A stretch of DNA of 64,000 bases from Auanema rhodensis (lineage: Eukaryota > Animalia > Nematoda). The stretch covers positions 25,606,001-25,670,000 of the forward strand of contig OZ059900.1 of the NCBI GenBank assembly GCA_964057225.1. Direction: 5' to 3'. The notes under the pieces are model-generated. The model saw only the letters and a program-made list of their open reading frames with translations, was not told where the DNA came from and searched no databases. The stretch's first letter is position 1, and each line of letters begins with the position of its first letter. The position numbers and the translations under genes are program-made. Shown here one piece after another: positions 39,701 through 54,600 of this stretch.

Positions 39701-41723
39701 TTTTCCAGCATAATAAAATATTTCTCATGGGAAATACAGTGTTTTTGTATTTTTTTAGTGTTCAGCATGTAAAATGCGTCATTTTAGTATGTAAAACGCT
39801 GAAATTCGTTGCATTTGACGACTCATATGAACAAAAATCGATTTTATCAATATTAGCCATAAGGGGCGTGCCCTCAGAATATGCTAATTTCCTTAATTTT
39901 CTAACCCCTGTTTTTTTGTCGTGAAAGTGGAACTAGACGTTGTACGAACAATTTTGAGCTAGGTTTCATTGACATTGCATGAGTTTGAACACATGAAATC
40001 GTAAGTCAAAACCTTGTTTACAGCGAAATTTTCAAAAACTGGTTTTCCAGCATAATAAAATATTTCTCAAGGGAAAAACTGTGTTTTTATATTTTTCTAG
40101 TGTTCAGCATGTAATTTGCGTCATTTTAGTATGTAAAACGCTGAAATTCGTTGCATTTGACGACTCATATGAACAAAAATCGATTTTATCAATATTAGCC
40201 ATAAGGGGTGTGCCCTCAGAATATGCTGATTTCCTTAATTTTCTAACCCCTGTTTTTTTGTCGTGAAAGTGGAACTAGACGTTGTACGAACAATTTTGAG
40301 CTAGGTTTCATTGACATTGCATGAGTTTGAACACATGAAATCGTAAGTCAAAACCTTGTTTACAGCGAAATTTCCAAAAACTGGTTTTCCAGCATAATAC
40401 AATATTTCTCATGGGAAATACTGTGTTTTTGTATTTTTCTAGTGTTCAGAATGTAGAATGCTTCATTTTAGTATGTAACACGCTGAAATTCGTTGCATTT
40501 GACGACTCATATGAACAAAAATCGATTTAATCAATATTAGCCATAAGGGGCGTGCCCTCAGAATATGCTAATTTCCTTAATTTTCTAACCCCTGTTTTTT
40601 TGTCGTGAAAGTGGAACTAGACGTTGTACGAACAATTTTGAGCTAGGTTTCATTGACATTGCATGAGTTTGAACACATGAAATCGTAAGTCAAAACCTTG
40701 TTTACAGCGAAATTTCCAAAAACTGGTTTTCCAGCATAATACAATATTTCTCATGGGAAATACTGTGTTTTTGTATTTTTCTAGTGTTCAGCATGTAAAA
40801 TGCTTCATTTTAGTATGTAACACGCTGTAATTCGTTGCATTTGACGACTCATATGAACAAAAATCGATTTAATCAATATTAGCCATAAGGGGCGTGCCCT
40901 CAGAATATGCTAATTTCCTTAATTTTCTAACCCCTGTTTTTTTGTCGTGAAAGTGGAACTAGACGTTGTACGAACAATTTTGAGCTAGGTTTCATTGACA
41001 TTGCATGAGTTTGAACACATGAAATCGTAAGTCAAAACCTTGTTTACAGCGAAATTTCCAAAAACTGGTTTTCCAGCATAATAAAATATTTCTCATGGGA
41101 AATACTGTGTTTTTGTATTTTTCTAGTGTTCAGCATGTAAAATGCTTCATTTTAGTATGTAACACGCTGAAATTCGTTGCATTTGACGACTCATATGAAC
41201 AAAAATCGATTTAATCAATATTAGCCATAAGGGGCGTGCCCTCAGAATATGCTAATTTCCTTAATTTTCTAACCCCTGTTTTTTTGTCGTGAAAGTGGAA
41301 CTAGACGTTGTACGAACAATTTTGAGCTAGGTTTCATTGACATTGCATGAGTTTGAACACATGAAATCGTAAGTCAAAACCTTGTTTACAGCGAAATTTC
41401 CAAAAACTGGTTTTCCAGCATAATACAATATTTCTCATGGGAAATACTGTGTTTTTGTATTTTTCTAGTGTTCAGAATGTAGAATGCTTCATTTTAGTAT
41501 GTAACACGCTGAAATTCGTTGCATTTGACGACTCATATGAACAAAAATCGATTTTATCAATATTAGCCATAAGGGGTGTGCCCTCAGAATATGCTGATTT
41601 CCTTAATTTTCTAACCCCTGTTTTTTTGTCGTGAAAGTGGAACTAGACGTTGTACGAACAATTTTGAGCTAGGTTTCATTGACATTGCATGAGTTTGAAC
41701 ACATGAAATCGTAAGTCAAAACC

Positions 41724-44700
41724 TTGTTTACAGCGAAATTTCCAAAAACTGGTTTTCCAGCATAATACAATATTTCTCATGGGAAATACTGTGTTTTTGT
41801 ATTTTTCTAGTGTTCAGAATGTAGAATGCTTCATTTTAGTATGTAACACGCTGAAATTCGTTGCATTTGACGACTCATATGAACAAAAATCGATTTAATC
41901 AATATTAGCCATAAGGGGCGTGCCCTCAGAATATGCTAATTTCCTTTATTTTCTAACCCCTGTTTTTTTGTCGTGAAAGTGGAACTAGACGTTGTACGAA
42001 CAATTTTGAGCTAGGTTTCATTGACATTGCATGAGTTTGAACACATGAAATCGTAAGTCAAAACCTTGTTTACAGCGAAATTTCCAAAAACTGGTTTTCC
42101 AGCATAATAAAATATTTCTCATGGGAAATACTGTGTTTTTGTATTTTTCTAGTGTTCAGCATGTAAAATGCTTCATTTTAGTATGTAACACGCTGAAATT
42201 CGTTGCATTTGACGACTCATATGAACAAAAATCGATTTAATCAATATTAGCCATAAGGGGCGTGCCCTCAGAATATGCTAATTTCCTTAATTTTCTAACC
42301 CCTGTTTTTTTGTCGTGAAAGTGGAACTAGACGTTGTACGAACAATTTTGAGCTAGGTTTCATTGACATTGCATGAGTTTGAACACATGAAATCGTAAGT
42401 CAAAACCTTGTTTACAGCGAAATTTCCAAAAACTGGTTTTCCAGCATAATAAAATATTTCTCATGGGAAATACTGTGTTTTTGTATTTTTCTAGTGTTCA
42501 GCATGTAAAATGCTTCATTTTAGTATGTAACACGCTGAAATTCGTTGCATTTGACGACTCATATGAACAAAAATCGATTTAATCAATATTAGCCATAAGG
42601 GGCGTGCCCTCAGAATATGCTAATTTCCTTAATTTTCTAACCCCTGTTTTTTTGTCGTGAAAGTGGAACTAGACGTTGTACGAACAATTTTGAGCTAGGT
42701 TTCATTGACATTGCATGAGTTTGAACACATGAAATCGTAAGTCAAAACCTTGTTTACAGCGAAATTTCCAAAAACTGGTTTTCCAGCATAATACAATATT
42801 TCTCATGGGAAATACTGTGTTTTTGTATTTTTCTAGTGTTCAGAATGTAGAATGCTTCATTTTAGTATGTAACACGCTGAAATTCGTTGCATTTGACGAC
42901 TCATATGAACAAAAATCGATTTAATCAATATTAGCCATAAGGGGCGTGCCCTCAGAATATGCTAATTTCCTTAATTTTCTAACCCCTGTTTTTTTGTCGT
43001 GAAAGTGGAACTAGACGTTGTACGAACAATTTTGAGCTAGGTTTCATTGACATTGCATGAGTTTGAACACATGAAATCGTAAGTCAAAACCTTGTTTACA
43101 GCGAAATTTCCAAAAACTGGTTTTCCAGCATAATACAATATTTCTCATGGGAAATACTGTGTTTTTGTATTTTTCTAGTGTTCAGAATGTAGAATGCTTC
43201 ATTTTAGTATGTAACACGCTGAAATTCGTTGCATTTGACGACTCATATGAACAAAAATCGATTTAATCAATATTAGCCATAAGGGGCGTGCCCTCAGAAT
43301 ATGCTAATTTCCTTAATTTTCTAACCCCTGTTTTTTTGTCGTGAAAGTGGAACTAGACGTTGTACGAACAATTTTGAGCTAGGTTTCATTGACATTGCAT
43401 GAGTTTGAACACATGAAATCGTAAGTCAAAACCTTGTTTACAGCGAAATTTCCAAAAACTGGTTTTCCAGCATAATAAAATATTTCTCATGGGAAATACT
43501 GTGTTTTTGTATTTTTCTAGTGTTCAGCATGTAAAATGCTTCATTTTAGTATGTAACACGCTGAAATTCGTTGCATTTGACGACTCATATGAACAAAAAT
43601 CGATTTAATCAATATTAGCCATAAGGGGCGTGCCCTCAGAATATGCTAATTTCCTTAATTTTCTAACCCCTGTTTTTTTGTCGTGAAAGTGGAACTAGAC
43701 GTTGTACGAACAATTTTGAGCTAGGTTTCATTGACATTGCATGAGTTTGAACACATGAAATCGTAAGTCAAAACCTTGTTTACAGCGAAATTTCCAAAAA
43801 CTGGTTTTCCAGCATAATACAATATTTCTCATGGGAAATACTGTGTTTTTGTATTTTTCTAGTGTTCAGAATGTAGAATGCTTCATTTTAGTATGTAACA
43901 CGCTGAAATTCGTTGCATTTGACGACTCATATGAACAAAAATCGATTTAATCAATATTAGCCATAAGGGGCGTGCCCTCAGAATATGCTAATTTCCTTAA
44001 TTTTCTAACCCCTGTTTTTTTGTCGTGAAAGTGGAACTAGACGTTGTACGAACAATTTTGAGCTAGGTTTCATTGACATTGCATGAGTTTGAACACATGA
44101 AATCGTAAGTCAAAACCTTGTTTACAGCGAAATTTCCAAAAACTGGTTTTCCAGCATAATACAATATTTCTCATGGGAAATACTGTGTTTTTGTATTTTT
44201 CTAGTGTTCAGCATGTAAAATGCTTCATTTTAGTATGTAACACGCTGTAATTCGTTGCATTTGACGACTCATATGAACAAAAATCGATTTAATCAATATT
44301 AGCCATAAGGGGCGTGCCCTCAGAATATGCTAATTTCCTTTATTTTCTAACCCCTGTTTTTTTGTCGTGAAAGTGGAACTAGACGTTGTACGAACAATTT
44401 TGAGCTAGGTTTCATTGACATTGCATGAGTTTGAACACATGAAATCGTAAGTCAAAACCTTGTTTACAGCGAAATTTCCAAAAACTGGTTTTCCAGCATA
44501 ATAAAATATTTCTCATGGGAAATACTGTGTTTTTGTATTTTTCTAGTGTTCAGCATGTAAAATGCTTCATTTTAGTATGTAACACGCTGAAATTCGTTGC
44601 ATTTGACGACTCATATGAACAAAAATCGATTTAATCAATATTAGCCATAAGGGGCGTGCCCTCAGAATATGCTAATTTCCTTAATTTTCTAACCCCTGTT

Positions 44701-47700
44701 TTTTTGTCGTGAAAGTGGAACTAGACGTTGTACGAACAATTTTGAGCTAGGTTTCATTGACATTGCATGAGTTTGAACACATGAAATCGTAAGTCAAAAC
44801 CTTGTTTACAGCGAAATTTCCAAAAACTGGTTTTCCAGCATAATAAAATATTTCTCATGGGAAATACTGTGTTTTTGTATTTTTCTAGTGTTCAGCATGT
44901 AAAATGCTTCATTTTAGTATGTAACACGCTGAAATTCGTTGCATTTGACGACTCATATGAACAAAAATCGATTTAATCAATATTAGCCATAAGGGGCGTG
45001 CCCTCAGAATATGCTAATTTCCTTAATTTTCTAACCCCGGTTTTTTTGTCGTGAAAGTGGAACTAGACGTTGTACGAACAATTTTGAGCTAGGTTTCATT
45101 GACATTGCATGAGTTTGAACACATGAAATCGTAAGTCAAAACCTTGTTTACAGCGAAATTTCCAAAAACTGGTTTTCCAGCATAATAAAATATTTCTCAT
45201 GGGAAATACTGTGTTTTTGTATTTTTTTAGTGTTCAGCATGTAAAATGCGTCATTTTAGTATGTAAAACGCTGAAATTCGTTGCATTTGACGACTCATAT
45301 GAACAAAAATCGATTTTATCAATATTAGCCATAAGGGGTGTGCCCTCAGAATATGCTGATTTCCTTAATTTTCTAACCCCTGTTTTTTTGTCGTGAAAGT
45401 GGAACTAGACGTTGTACGAACAATTTTGAGCTAGGTTTCATTGACATTGCATGAGTTTGAACACATGAAATCGTAAGTCAAAACCTTGTTTACAGCGAAA
45501 TTTCCAAAAACTGGTTTTCCAGCATAATACAATATTTCTCATGGGAAATACTGTGTTTTTGTATTTTTCTAGTGTTCAGAATGTAGAATGCTTCATTTTA
45601 GTATGTAACACGCTGAAATTCGTTGCATTTGACGACTCATATGAACAAAAATCGATTTAATCAATATTAGCCATAAGGGGCGTGCCCTCAGAATATGCTA
45701 ATTTCCTTAATTTTCTAACCCCTGTTTTTTTGTCGTGAAAGTGGAACTAGACGTTGTACGAACAATTTTGAGCTAGGTTTCATTGACATTGCATGAGTTT
45801 GAACACATGAAATCGTAAGTCAAAACCTTGTTTACAGCGAAATTTCCAAAAACTGGTTTTCCAGCATAATACAATATTTCTCATGGGAAACACTGTGTTT
45901 TTGTATTTTTCTAGTGTTCAGCATGTAAAATGCTTCATTTTAGTATGTAACACGCTGTAATTCGTTGCATTTGACGACTCATATGAACAAAAATCGATTT
46001 AATCAATATTAGCCATAAGGGGCGTGCCCTCAGAATATGCTAATTTCCTTAATTTTCTAACCCCTGTTTTTTTGTCGTGAAAGTGGAACTAGACGTTGTA
46101 CGAACAATTTTGAGCTAGGTTTCATTGACATTGCATGAGTTTGAACACATGAAATCGTAAGTCAAAACCTTGTTTACAGCGAAATTTCCAAAAACTGGTT
46201 TTCCAGCATAATACAATATTTCTCATGGGAAATACTGTGTTTTTGTATTTTTCTAGTGTTCAGCATGTAAAATGCTTCATTTTAGTATGTAACACGCTGT
46301 AATTCGTTGCATTTGACGACTCATATGAACAAAAATCGATTTAATCAATATTAGCCATAAGGGGCGTGCCCTCAGAATATGCTAATTTCCTTAATTTTCT
46401 AACCCCTGTTTTTTTGTCGTGAAAGTGGAACTAGACGTTGTACGAACAATTTTGAGCTAGGTTTCATTGACATTGCATGAGTTTGAACACATGAAATCGT
46501 AAGTCAAAACCTTGTTTACAGCGAAATTTCCAAAAACTGGTTTTCCAGCATAATACAATATTTCTCATGGGAAATACTGTGTTTTTGTATTTTTCTAGTG
46601 TTCAGAATGTAGAATGCTTCATTTTAGTATGTAACACGCTGAAATTCGTTGCATTTGACGACTCATATGAACAAAAATCGATTTAATCAATATTAGCCAT
46701 AAGGGGCGTGCCCTCAGAATATGCTAATTTCCTTTATTTTCTAACCCCTGTTTTTTTGTCGTGAAAGTGGAACTAGACGTTGTACGAACAATTTTGAGCT
46801 AGGTTTCATTGACATTGCATGAGTTTGAACACATGAAATCGTAAGTCAAAACCTTGTTTACAGCGAAATTTCCAAAAACTGGTTTTCCAGCATAATAAAA
46901 TATTTCTCATGGGAAATACTGTGTTTTTGTATTTTTCTAGTGTTCAGCATGTAAAATGCTTCATTTTAGTATGTAACACGCTGAAATTCGTTGCATTTGA
47001 CGACTCATATGAACAAAAATCGATTTAATCAATATTAGCCATAAGGGGCGTGCCCTCAGAATATGCTAATTTCCTTAATTTTCTAACCCCTGTTTTTTTG
47101 TCGTGAAAGTGGAACTAGACGTTGTACGAACAATTTTGAGCTAGGTTTCATTGACATTGCATGAGTTTGAACACATGAAATCGTAAGTCAAAACCTTGTT
47201 TACAGCGAAATTTCCAAAAACTGGTTTTCCAGCATAATAAAATATTTCTCATGGGAAATACTGTGTTTTTGTATTTTTCTAGTGTTCAGCATGTAAAATG
47301 CTTCATTTTAGTATGTAACACGCTGAAATTCGTTGCATTTGACGACTCATATGAACAAAAATCGATTTAATCAATATTAGCCATAAGGGGCGTGCCCTCA
47401 GAATATGCTAATTTCCTTAATTTTCTAACCCCTGTTTTTTTGTCGTGAAAGTGGAACTAGACGTTGTACGAACAATTTTGAGCTAGGTTTCATTGACATT
47501 GCATGAGTTTGAACACATGAAATCGTAAGTCAAAACCTTGTTTACAGCGAAATTTCCAAAAACTGGTTTTCCAGCATAATACAATATTTCTCATGGGAAA
47601 TACTGTGTTTTTGTATTTTTCTAGTGTTCAGAATGTAGAATGCTTCATTTTAGTATGTAACACGCTGAAATTCGTTGCATTTGACGACTCATATGAACAA

Positions 47701-50700
47701 AAATCGATTTAATCAATATTAGCCATAAGGGGCGTGCCCTCAGAATATGCTAATTTCCTTAATTTTCTAACCCCTGTTTTTTTGTCGTGAAAGTGGAACT
47801 AGACGTTGTACGAACAATTTTGAGCTAGGTTTCATTGACATTGCATGAGTTTGAACACATGAAATCGTAAGTCAAAACCTTGTTTACAGCGAAATTTCCA
47901 AAAACTGGTTTTCCAGCATAATACAATATTTCTCATGGGAAATACTGTGTTTTTGTATTTTTCTAGTGTTCAGAATGTAGAATGCTTCATTTTAGTATGT
48001 AACACGCTGAAATTCGTTGCATTTGACGACTCATATGAACAAAAATCGATTTAATCAATATTAGCCATAAGGGGCGTGCCCTCAGAATATGCTAATTTCC
48101 TTAATTTTCTAACCCCTGTTTTTTTGTCGTGAAAGTGGAACTAGACGTTGTACGAACAATTTTGAGCTAGGTTTCATTGACATTGCATGAGTTTGAACAC
48201 ATGAAATCGTAAGTCAAAACCTTGTTTACAGCGAAATTTCCAAAAACTGGTTTTCCAGCATAATACAATATTTCTCATGGGAAATACTGTGTTTTTGTAT
48301 TTTTCTAGTGTTCAGCATGTAAAATGCTTCATTTTAGTATGTAACACGCTGTAATTCGTTGCATTTGACGACTCATATGAACAAAAATCGATTTAATCAA
48401 TATTAGCCATAAGGGGCGTGCCCTCAGAATATGCTAATTTCCTTAATTTTCTAACCCCTGTTTTTTTGTCGTGAAAGTGGAACTAGACGTTGTACGAACA
48501 ATTTTGAGCTAGGTTTCATTGACATTGCATGAGTTTGAACACATGAAATCGTAAGTCAAAACCTTGTTTACAGCGAAATTTCCAAAAACTGGTTTTCCAG
48601 CATAATAAAATATTTCTCATGGGAAATACTGTGTTTTTGTATTTTTCTAGTGTTCAGCATGTAAAATGCTTCATTTTAGTATGTAACACGCTGAAATTCG
48701 TTGCATTTGACGACTCATATGAACAAAAATCGATTTAATCAATATTAGCCATAAGGGGCGTGCCCTCAGAATATGCTAATTTCCTTAATTTTCTAACCCC
48801 TGTTTTTTTGTCGTGAAAGTGGAACTAGACGTTGTACGAACAATTTTGAGCTAGGTTTCATTGACATTGCATGAGTTTGAACACATGAAATCGTAAGTCA
48901 AAACCTTGTTTACAGCGAAATTTCCAAAAACTGGTTTTCCAGCATAATACAATATTTCTCATGGGAAATACTGTGTTTTTGTATTTTTCTAGTGTTCAGA
49001 ATGTAGAATGCTTCATTTTAGTATGTAACACGCTGAAATTCGTTGCATTTGACGACTCATATGAACAAAAATCGATTTAATCAATATTAGCCATAAGGGG
49101 CGTGCCCTCAGAATATGCTAATTTCCTTAATTTTCTAACCCCTGTTTTTTTGTCGTGAAAGTGGAACTAGACGTTGTACGAACAATTTTGAGCTAGGTTT
49201 CATTGACATTGCATGAGTTTGAACACATGAAATCGTAAGTCAAAACCTTGTTTACAGCGAAATTTCCAAAAACTGGTTTTCCAGCATAATACAATATTTC
49301 TCATGGGAAATACTGTGTTTTTGTATTTTTCTAGTGTTCAGCATGTAAAATGCTTCATTTTAGTATGTAACACGCTGTAATTCGTTGCATTTGACGACTC
49401 ATATGAACAAAAATCGATTTAATCAATATTAGCCATAAGGGGCGTGCCCTCAGAATATGCTAATTTCCTTTATTTTCTAACCCCTGTTTTTTTGTCGTGA
49501 AAGTGGAACTAGACGTTGTACGAACAATTTTGAGCTAGGTTTCATTGACATTGCATGAGTTTGAACACATGAAATCGTAAGTCAAAACCTTGTTTACAGC
49601 GAAATTTCCAAAAACTGGTTTTCCAGCATAATAAAATATTTCTCATGGGAAATACTGTGTTTTTGTATTTTTCTAGTGTTCAGCATGTAAAATGCTTCAT
49701 TTTAGTATGTAACACGCTGAAATTCGTTGCATTTGACGACTCATATGAACAAAAATCGATTTAATCAATATTAGCCATAAGGGGCGTGCCCTCAGAATAT
49801 GCTAATTTCCTTAATTTTCTAACCCCTGTTTTTTTGTCGTGAAAGTGGAACTAGACGTTGTACGAACAATTTTGAGCTAGGTTTCATTGACATTGCATGA
49901 GTTTGAACACATGAAATCGTAAGTCAAAACCTTGTTTACAGCGAAATTTCCAAAAACTGGTTTTCCAGCATAATAAAATATTTCTCATGGGAAATACTGT
50001 GTTTTTGTATTTTTCTAGTGTTCAGCATGTAAAATGCTTCATTTTAGTATGTAACACGCTGAAATTCGTTGCATTTGACGACTCATATGAACAAAAATCG
50101 ATTTAATCAATATTAGCCATAAGGGGCGTGCCCTCAGAATATGCTAATTTCCTTAATTTTCTAACCCCTGTTTTTTTGTCGTGAAAGTGGAACTAGACGT
50201 TGTACGAACAATTTTGAGCTAGGTTTCATTGACATTGCATGAGTTTGAACACATGAAATCGTAAGTCAAAACCTTGTTTACAGCGAAATTTCCAAAAACT
50301 GGTTTTCCAGCATAATAAAATATTTCTCATGGGAAATACTGTGTTTTTGTATTTTTTTAGTGTTCAGCATGTAAAATGCGTCATTTTAGTATGTAAAACG
50401 CTGAAATTCGTTGCATTTGACGACTCATATGAACAAAAATCGATTTTATCAATATTAGCCATAAGGGGTGTGCCCTCAGAATATGCTGATTTCCTTAATT
50501 TTCTAACCCCTGTTTTTTTGTCGTGAAAGTGGAACTAGACGTTGTACGAACAATTTTGAGCTAGGTTTCATTGACATTGCATGAGTTTGAACACATGAAA
50601 TCGTAAGTCAAAACCTTGTTTACAGCGAAATTTCCAAAAACTGGTTTTCCAGCATAATACAATATTTCTCATGGGAAATACTGTGTTTTTGTATTTTTCT

Positions 50701-51641
50701 AGTGTTCAGAATGTAGAATGCTTCATTTTAGTATGTAACACGCTGAAATTCGTTGCATTTGACGACTCATATGAACAAAAATCGATTTAATCAATATTAG
50801 CCATAAGGGGCGTGCCCTCAGAATATGCTAATTTCCTTAATTTTCTAACCCCTGTTTTTTTGTCGTGAAAGTGGAACTAGACGTTGTACGAACAATTTTG
50901 AGCTAGGTTTCATTGACATTGCATGAGTTTGAACACATGAAATCGTAAGTCAAAACCTTGTTTACAGCGAAATTTCCAAAAACTGGTTTTCCAGCATAAT
51001 ACAATATTTCTCATGGGAAATACTGTGTTTTTGTATTTTTCTAGTGTTCAGCATGTAAAATGCTTCATTTTAGTATGTAACACGCTGTAATTCGTTGCAT
51101 TTGACGACTCATATGAACAAAAATCGATTTAATCAATATTAGCCATAAGGGGCGTGCCCTCAGAATATGCTAATTTCCTTAATTTTCTAACCCCTGTTTT
51201 TTTGTCGTGAAAGTGGAACTAGACGTTGTACGAACAATTTTGAGCTAGGTTTCATTGACATTGCATGAGTTTGAACACATGAAATCGTAAGTCAAAACCT
51301 TGTTTACAGCGAAATTTCCAAAAACTGGTTTTCCAGCATAATACAATATTTCTCATGGGAAATACTGTGTTTTTGTATTTTTCTAGTGTTCAGCATGTAA
51401 AATGCTTCATTTTAGTATGTAACACGCTGTAATTCGTTGCATTTGACGACTCATATGAACAAAAATCGATTTAATCAATATTAGCCATAAGGGGCGTGCC
51501 CTCAGAATATGCTAATTTCCTTAATTTTCTAACCCCTGTTTTTTTGTCGTGAAAGTGGAACTAGACGTTGTACGAACAATTTTGAGCTAGGTTTCATTGA
51601 CATTGCATGAGTTTGAACACATGAAATCGTAAGTCAAAACC
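41724..51641 (+). repeat. Tandem duplication of a 14/15-monomer block
   Basis: M123-136 = G* A A G G A G H* A A K G H H; M137-151 is the same with one extra H at 48222. * = rare CCTTTATTTT allele in M123, M130, M137, M145. Confidence 0.85.
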
Positions 51642-54600
51642 TTGTTTACAGCGAAATTTCCAAAAACTGGTTTTCCAGCATAATAAAATATTTCTCATGG
51701 GAAATACTGTGTTTTTGTATTTTTCTAGTGTTCAGCATGTAAAATGCTTCATTTTAGTATGTAACACGCTGAAATTCGTTGCATTTGACGACTCATATGA
51801 ACAAAAATCGATTTAATCAATATTAGCCATAAGGGGCGTGCCCTCAGAATATGCTAATTTCCTTAATTTTCTAACCCCTGTTTTTTTGTCGTGAAAGTGG
51901 AACTAGACGTTGTACGAACAATTTTGAGCTAGGTTTCATTGACATTGCATCAGTTTGAACACATGAAATCGTAAGTCAAAACCTTGTTTACAGCGAAATT
52001 TCCAAAAACTGGTTTTCCAGCATAATACAATATTTCTCATGGGAAATACTGTGTTTTTGTATTTTTCTAGTGTTCAGCATGTAAAATGCTTCATTTTAGT
52101 ATGTAACACGCTGTAATTCGTTGCATTTGACGACTCATATGAACAAAAATCGATTTAATCAATATTAGCCATAAGGGGCGTGCCCTCAGAATATGCTAAT
52201 TTCCTTAATTTTCTAACCCCTGTTTTTTTGTCGTGAAAGTGGAACTAGACGTTGTACGAACAATTTTGAGCTAGGTTTCATTGACATTGCATGAGTTTGA
52301 ACACATGAAATCGTAAGTCAAAACCTTGTTTACAGCGAAATTTCCAAAAACTGGTTTTCCAGCATAATAAAATATTTCTCATGGGAAATACTGTGTTTTT
52401 GTATTTTTCTAGTGTTCAGCATGTAAAATGCTTCATTTTAGTATGTAACACGCTGAAATTCGTTGCATTTGACGACTCATATGAACAAAAATCGATTTAA
52501 TCAATATTAGCCATAAGGGGCGTGCCCTCAGAATATGCTAATTTCCTTAATTTTCTAACCCCTGTTTTTTCGTCGTGAAAGTGGAACTAGACGTTGTACG
52601 AACAATTTTGAGCTAGGTTTCATTGACATTGCATGAGTTTGAACACATGAAATCGTAAGTCAAAACCTTGTTTACAGCGAAATTTCCAAAAACTGGTTTT
52701 CCAGCATAATAAAATATTTCTCATGGGAAATACTGTGTTTTTGTATTTTTTTAGTGTTCAGCATGTAAAATGCGTCATTTTAGTATGTAAAACGCTGAAA
52801 TTCGTTGCATTTGACGACTCATATGAACAAAAATCGATTTTATCAATATTAGCCATAAGGGGTGTGCCCTCAGAATATGCTGATTTCCTTAATTTTCTAA
52901 CCCCTGTTTTTTTGTCGTGAAAGTGGAACTAGACGTTGTACGAACAATTTTGAGCTAGGTTTCATTGACATTGCATGAGTTTGAACACATGAAATCGTAA
53001 GTCAAAACCTTGTTTACAGCGAAATTTCCAAAAACTGGTTTTCCAGCATAATACAATATTTCTCATGGGAAATACTGTGTTTTTGTATTTTTCTAGTGTT
53101 CAGAATGTAGAATGCTTCATTTTAGTATGTAACACGCTGAAATTCGTTGCATTTGACGACTCATATGAACAAAAATCGATTTAATCAATATTAGCCATAA
53201 GGGGCGTGCCCTCAGAATATGCTAATTTCCTTAATTTTCTAACCCCTGTTTTTTTGTCGTGAAAGTGGAACTAGACGTTGTACGAACAATTTTGAGCTAG
53301 GTTTCATTGACATTGCATGAGTTTGAACACATGAAATCGTAAGTCAAAACCTTGTTTACAGCGAAATTTCCAAAAACTGGTTTTCCAGCATAATACAATA
53401 TTTCTCATGGGAAATACTGTGTTTTTGTATTTTTCTAGTGTTCAGCATGTAAAATGCTTCATTTTAGTATGTAACACGCTGTAATTCGTTGCATTTGACG
53501 ACTCATATGAACAAAAATCGATTTAATCAATATTAGCCATAAGGGGCGTGCCCTCAGAATATGCTAATTTCCTTAATTTTCTAACCCCTGTTTTTTTGTC
53601 GTGAAAGTGGAACTAGACGTTGTACGAACAATTTTGAGCTAGGTTTCATTGACATTGCATGAGTTTGAACACATGAAATCGTAAGTCAAAACCTTGTTTA
53701 CAGCGAAATTTCCAAAAACTGGTTTTCCAGCATAATACAATATTTCTCATGGGAAATACTGTGTTTTTGTATTTTTCTAGTGTTCAGCATGTAAAATGCT
53801 TCATTTTAGTATGTAACACGCTGTAATTCGTTGCATTTGACGACTCATATGAACAAAAATCGATTTAATCAATATTAGCCATAAGGGGCGTGCCCTCAGA
53901 ATATGCTAATTTCCTTAATTTTCTAACCCCTGTTTTTTTGTCGTGAAAGTGGAACTAGACGTTGTACGAACAATTTTGAGCTAGGTTTCATTGACATTGC
54001 ATGAGTTTGAACACATGAAATCGTAAGTCAAAACCTTGTTTACAGCGAAATTTCCAAAAACTGGTTTTCCAGCATAATAAAATATTTCTCATGGGAAATA
54101 CTGTGTTTTTGTATTTTTCTAGTGTTCAGCATGTAAAATGCTTCATTTTAGTATGTAACACGCTGAAATTCGTTGCATTTGACGACTCATATGAACAAAA
54201 ATCGATTTAATCAATATTAGCCATAAGGGGCGTGCCCTCAGAATATGCTAATTTCCTTAATTTTCTAACCCCTGTTTTTTTGTCGTGAAAGTGGAACTAG
54301 ACGTTGTACGAACAATTTTGAGCTAGGTTTCATTGACATTGCATCAGTTTGAACACATGAAATCGTAAGTCAAAACCTTGTTTACAGCGAAATTTCCAAA
54401 AACTGGTTTTCCAGCATAATACAATATTTCTCATGGGAAATACTGTGTTTTTGTATTTTTCTAGTGTTCAGCATGTAAAATGCTTCATTTTAGTATGTAA
54501 CACGCTGTAATTCGTTGCATTTGACGACTCATATGAACAAAAATCGATTTAATCAATATTAGCCATAAGGGGCGTGCCCTCAGAATATGCTAATTTCCTT

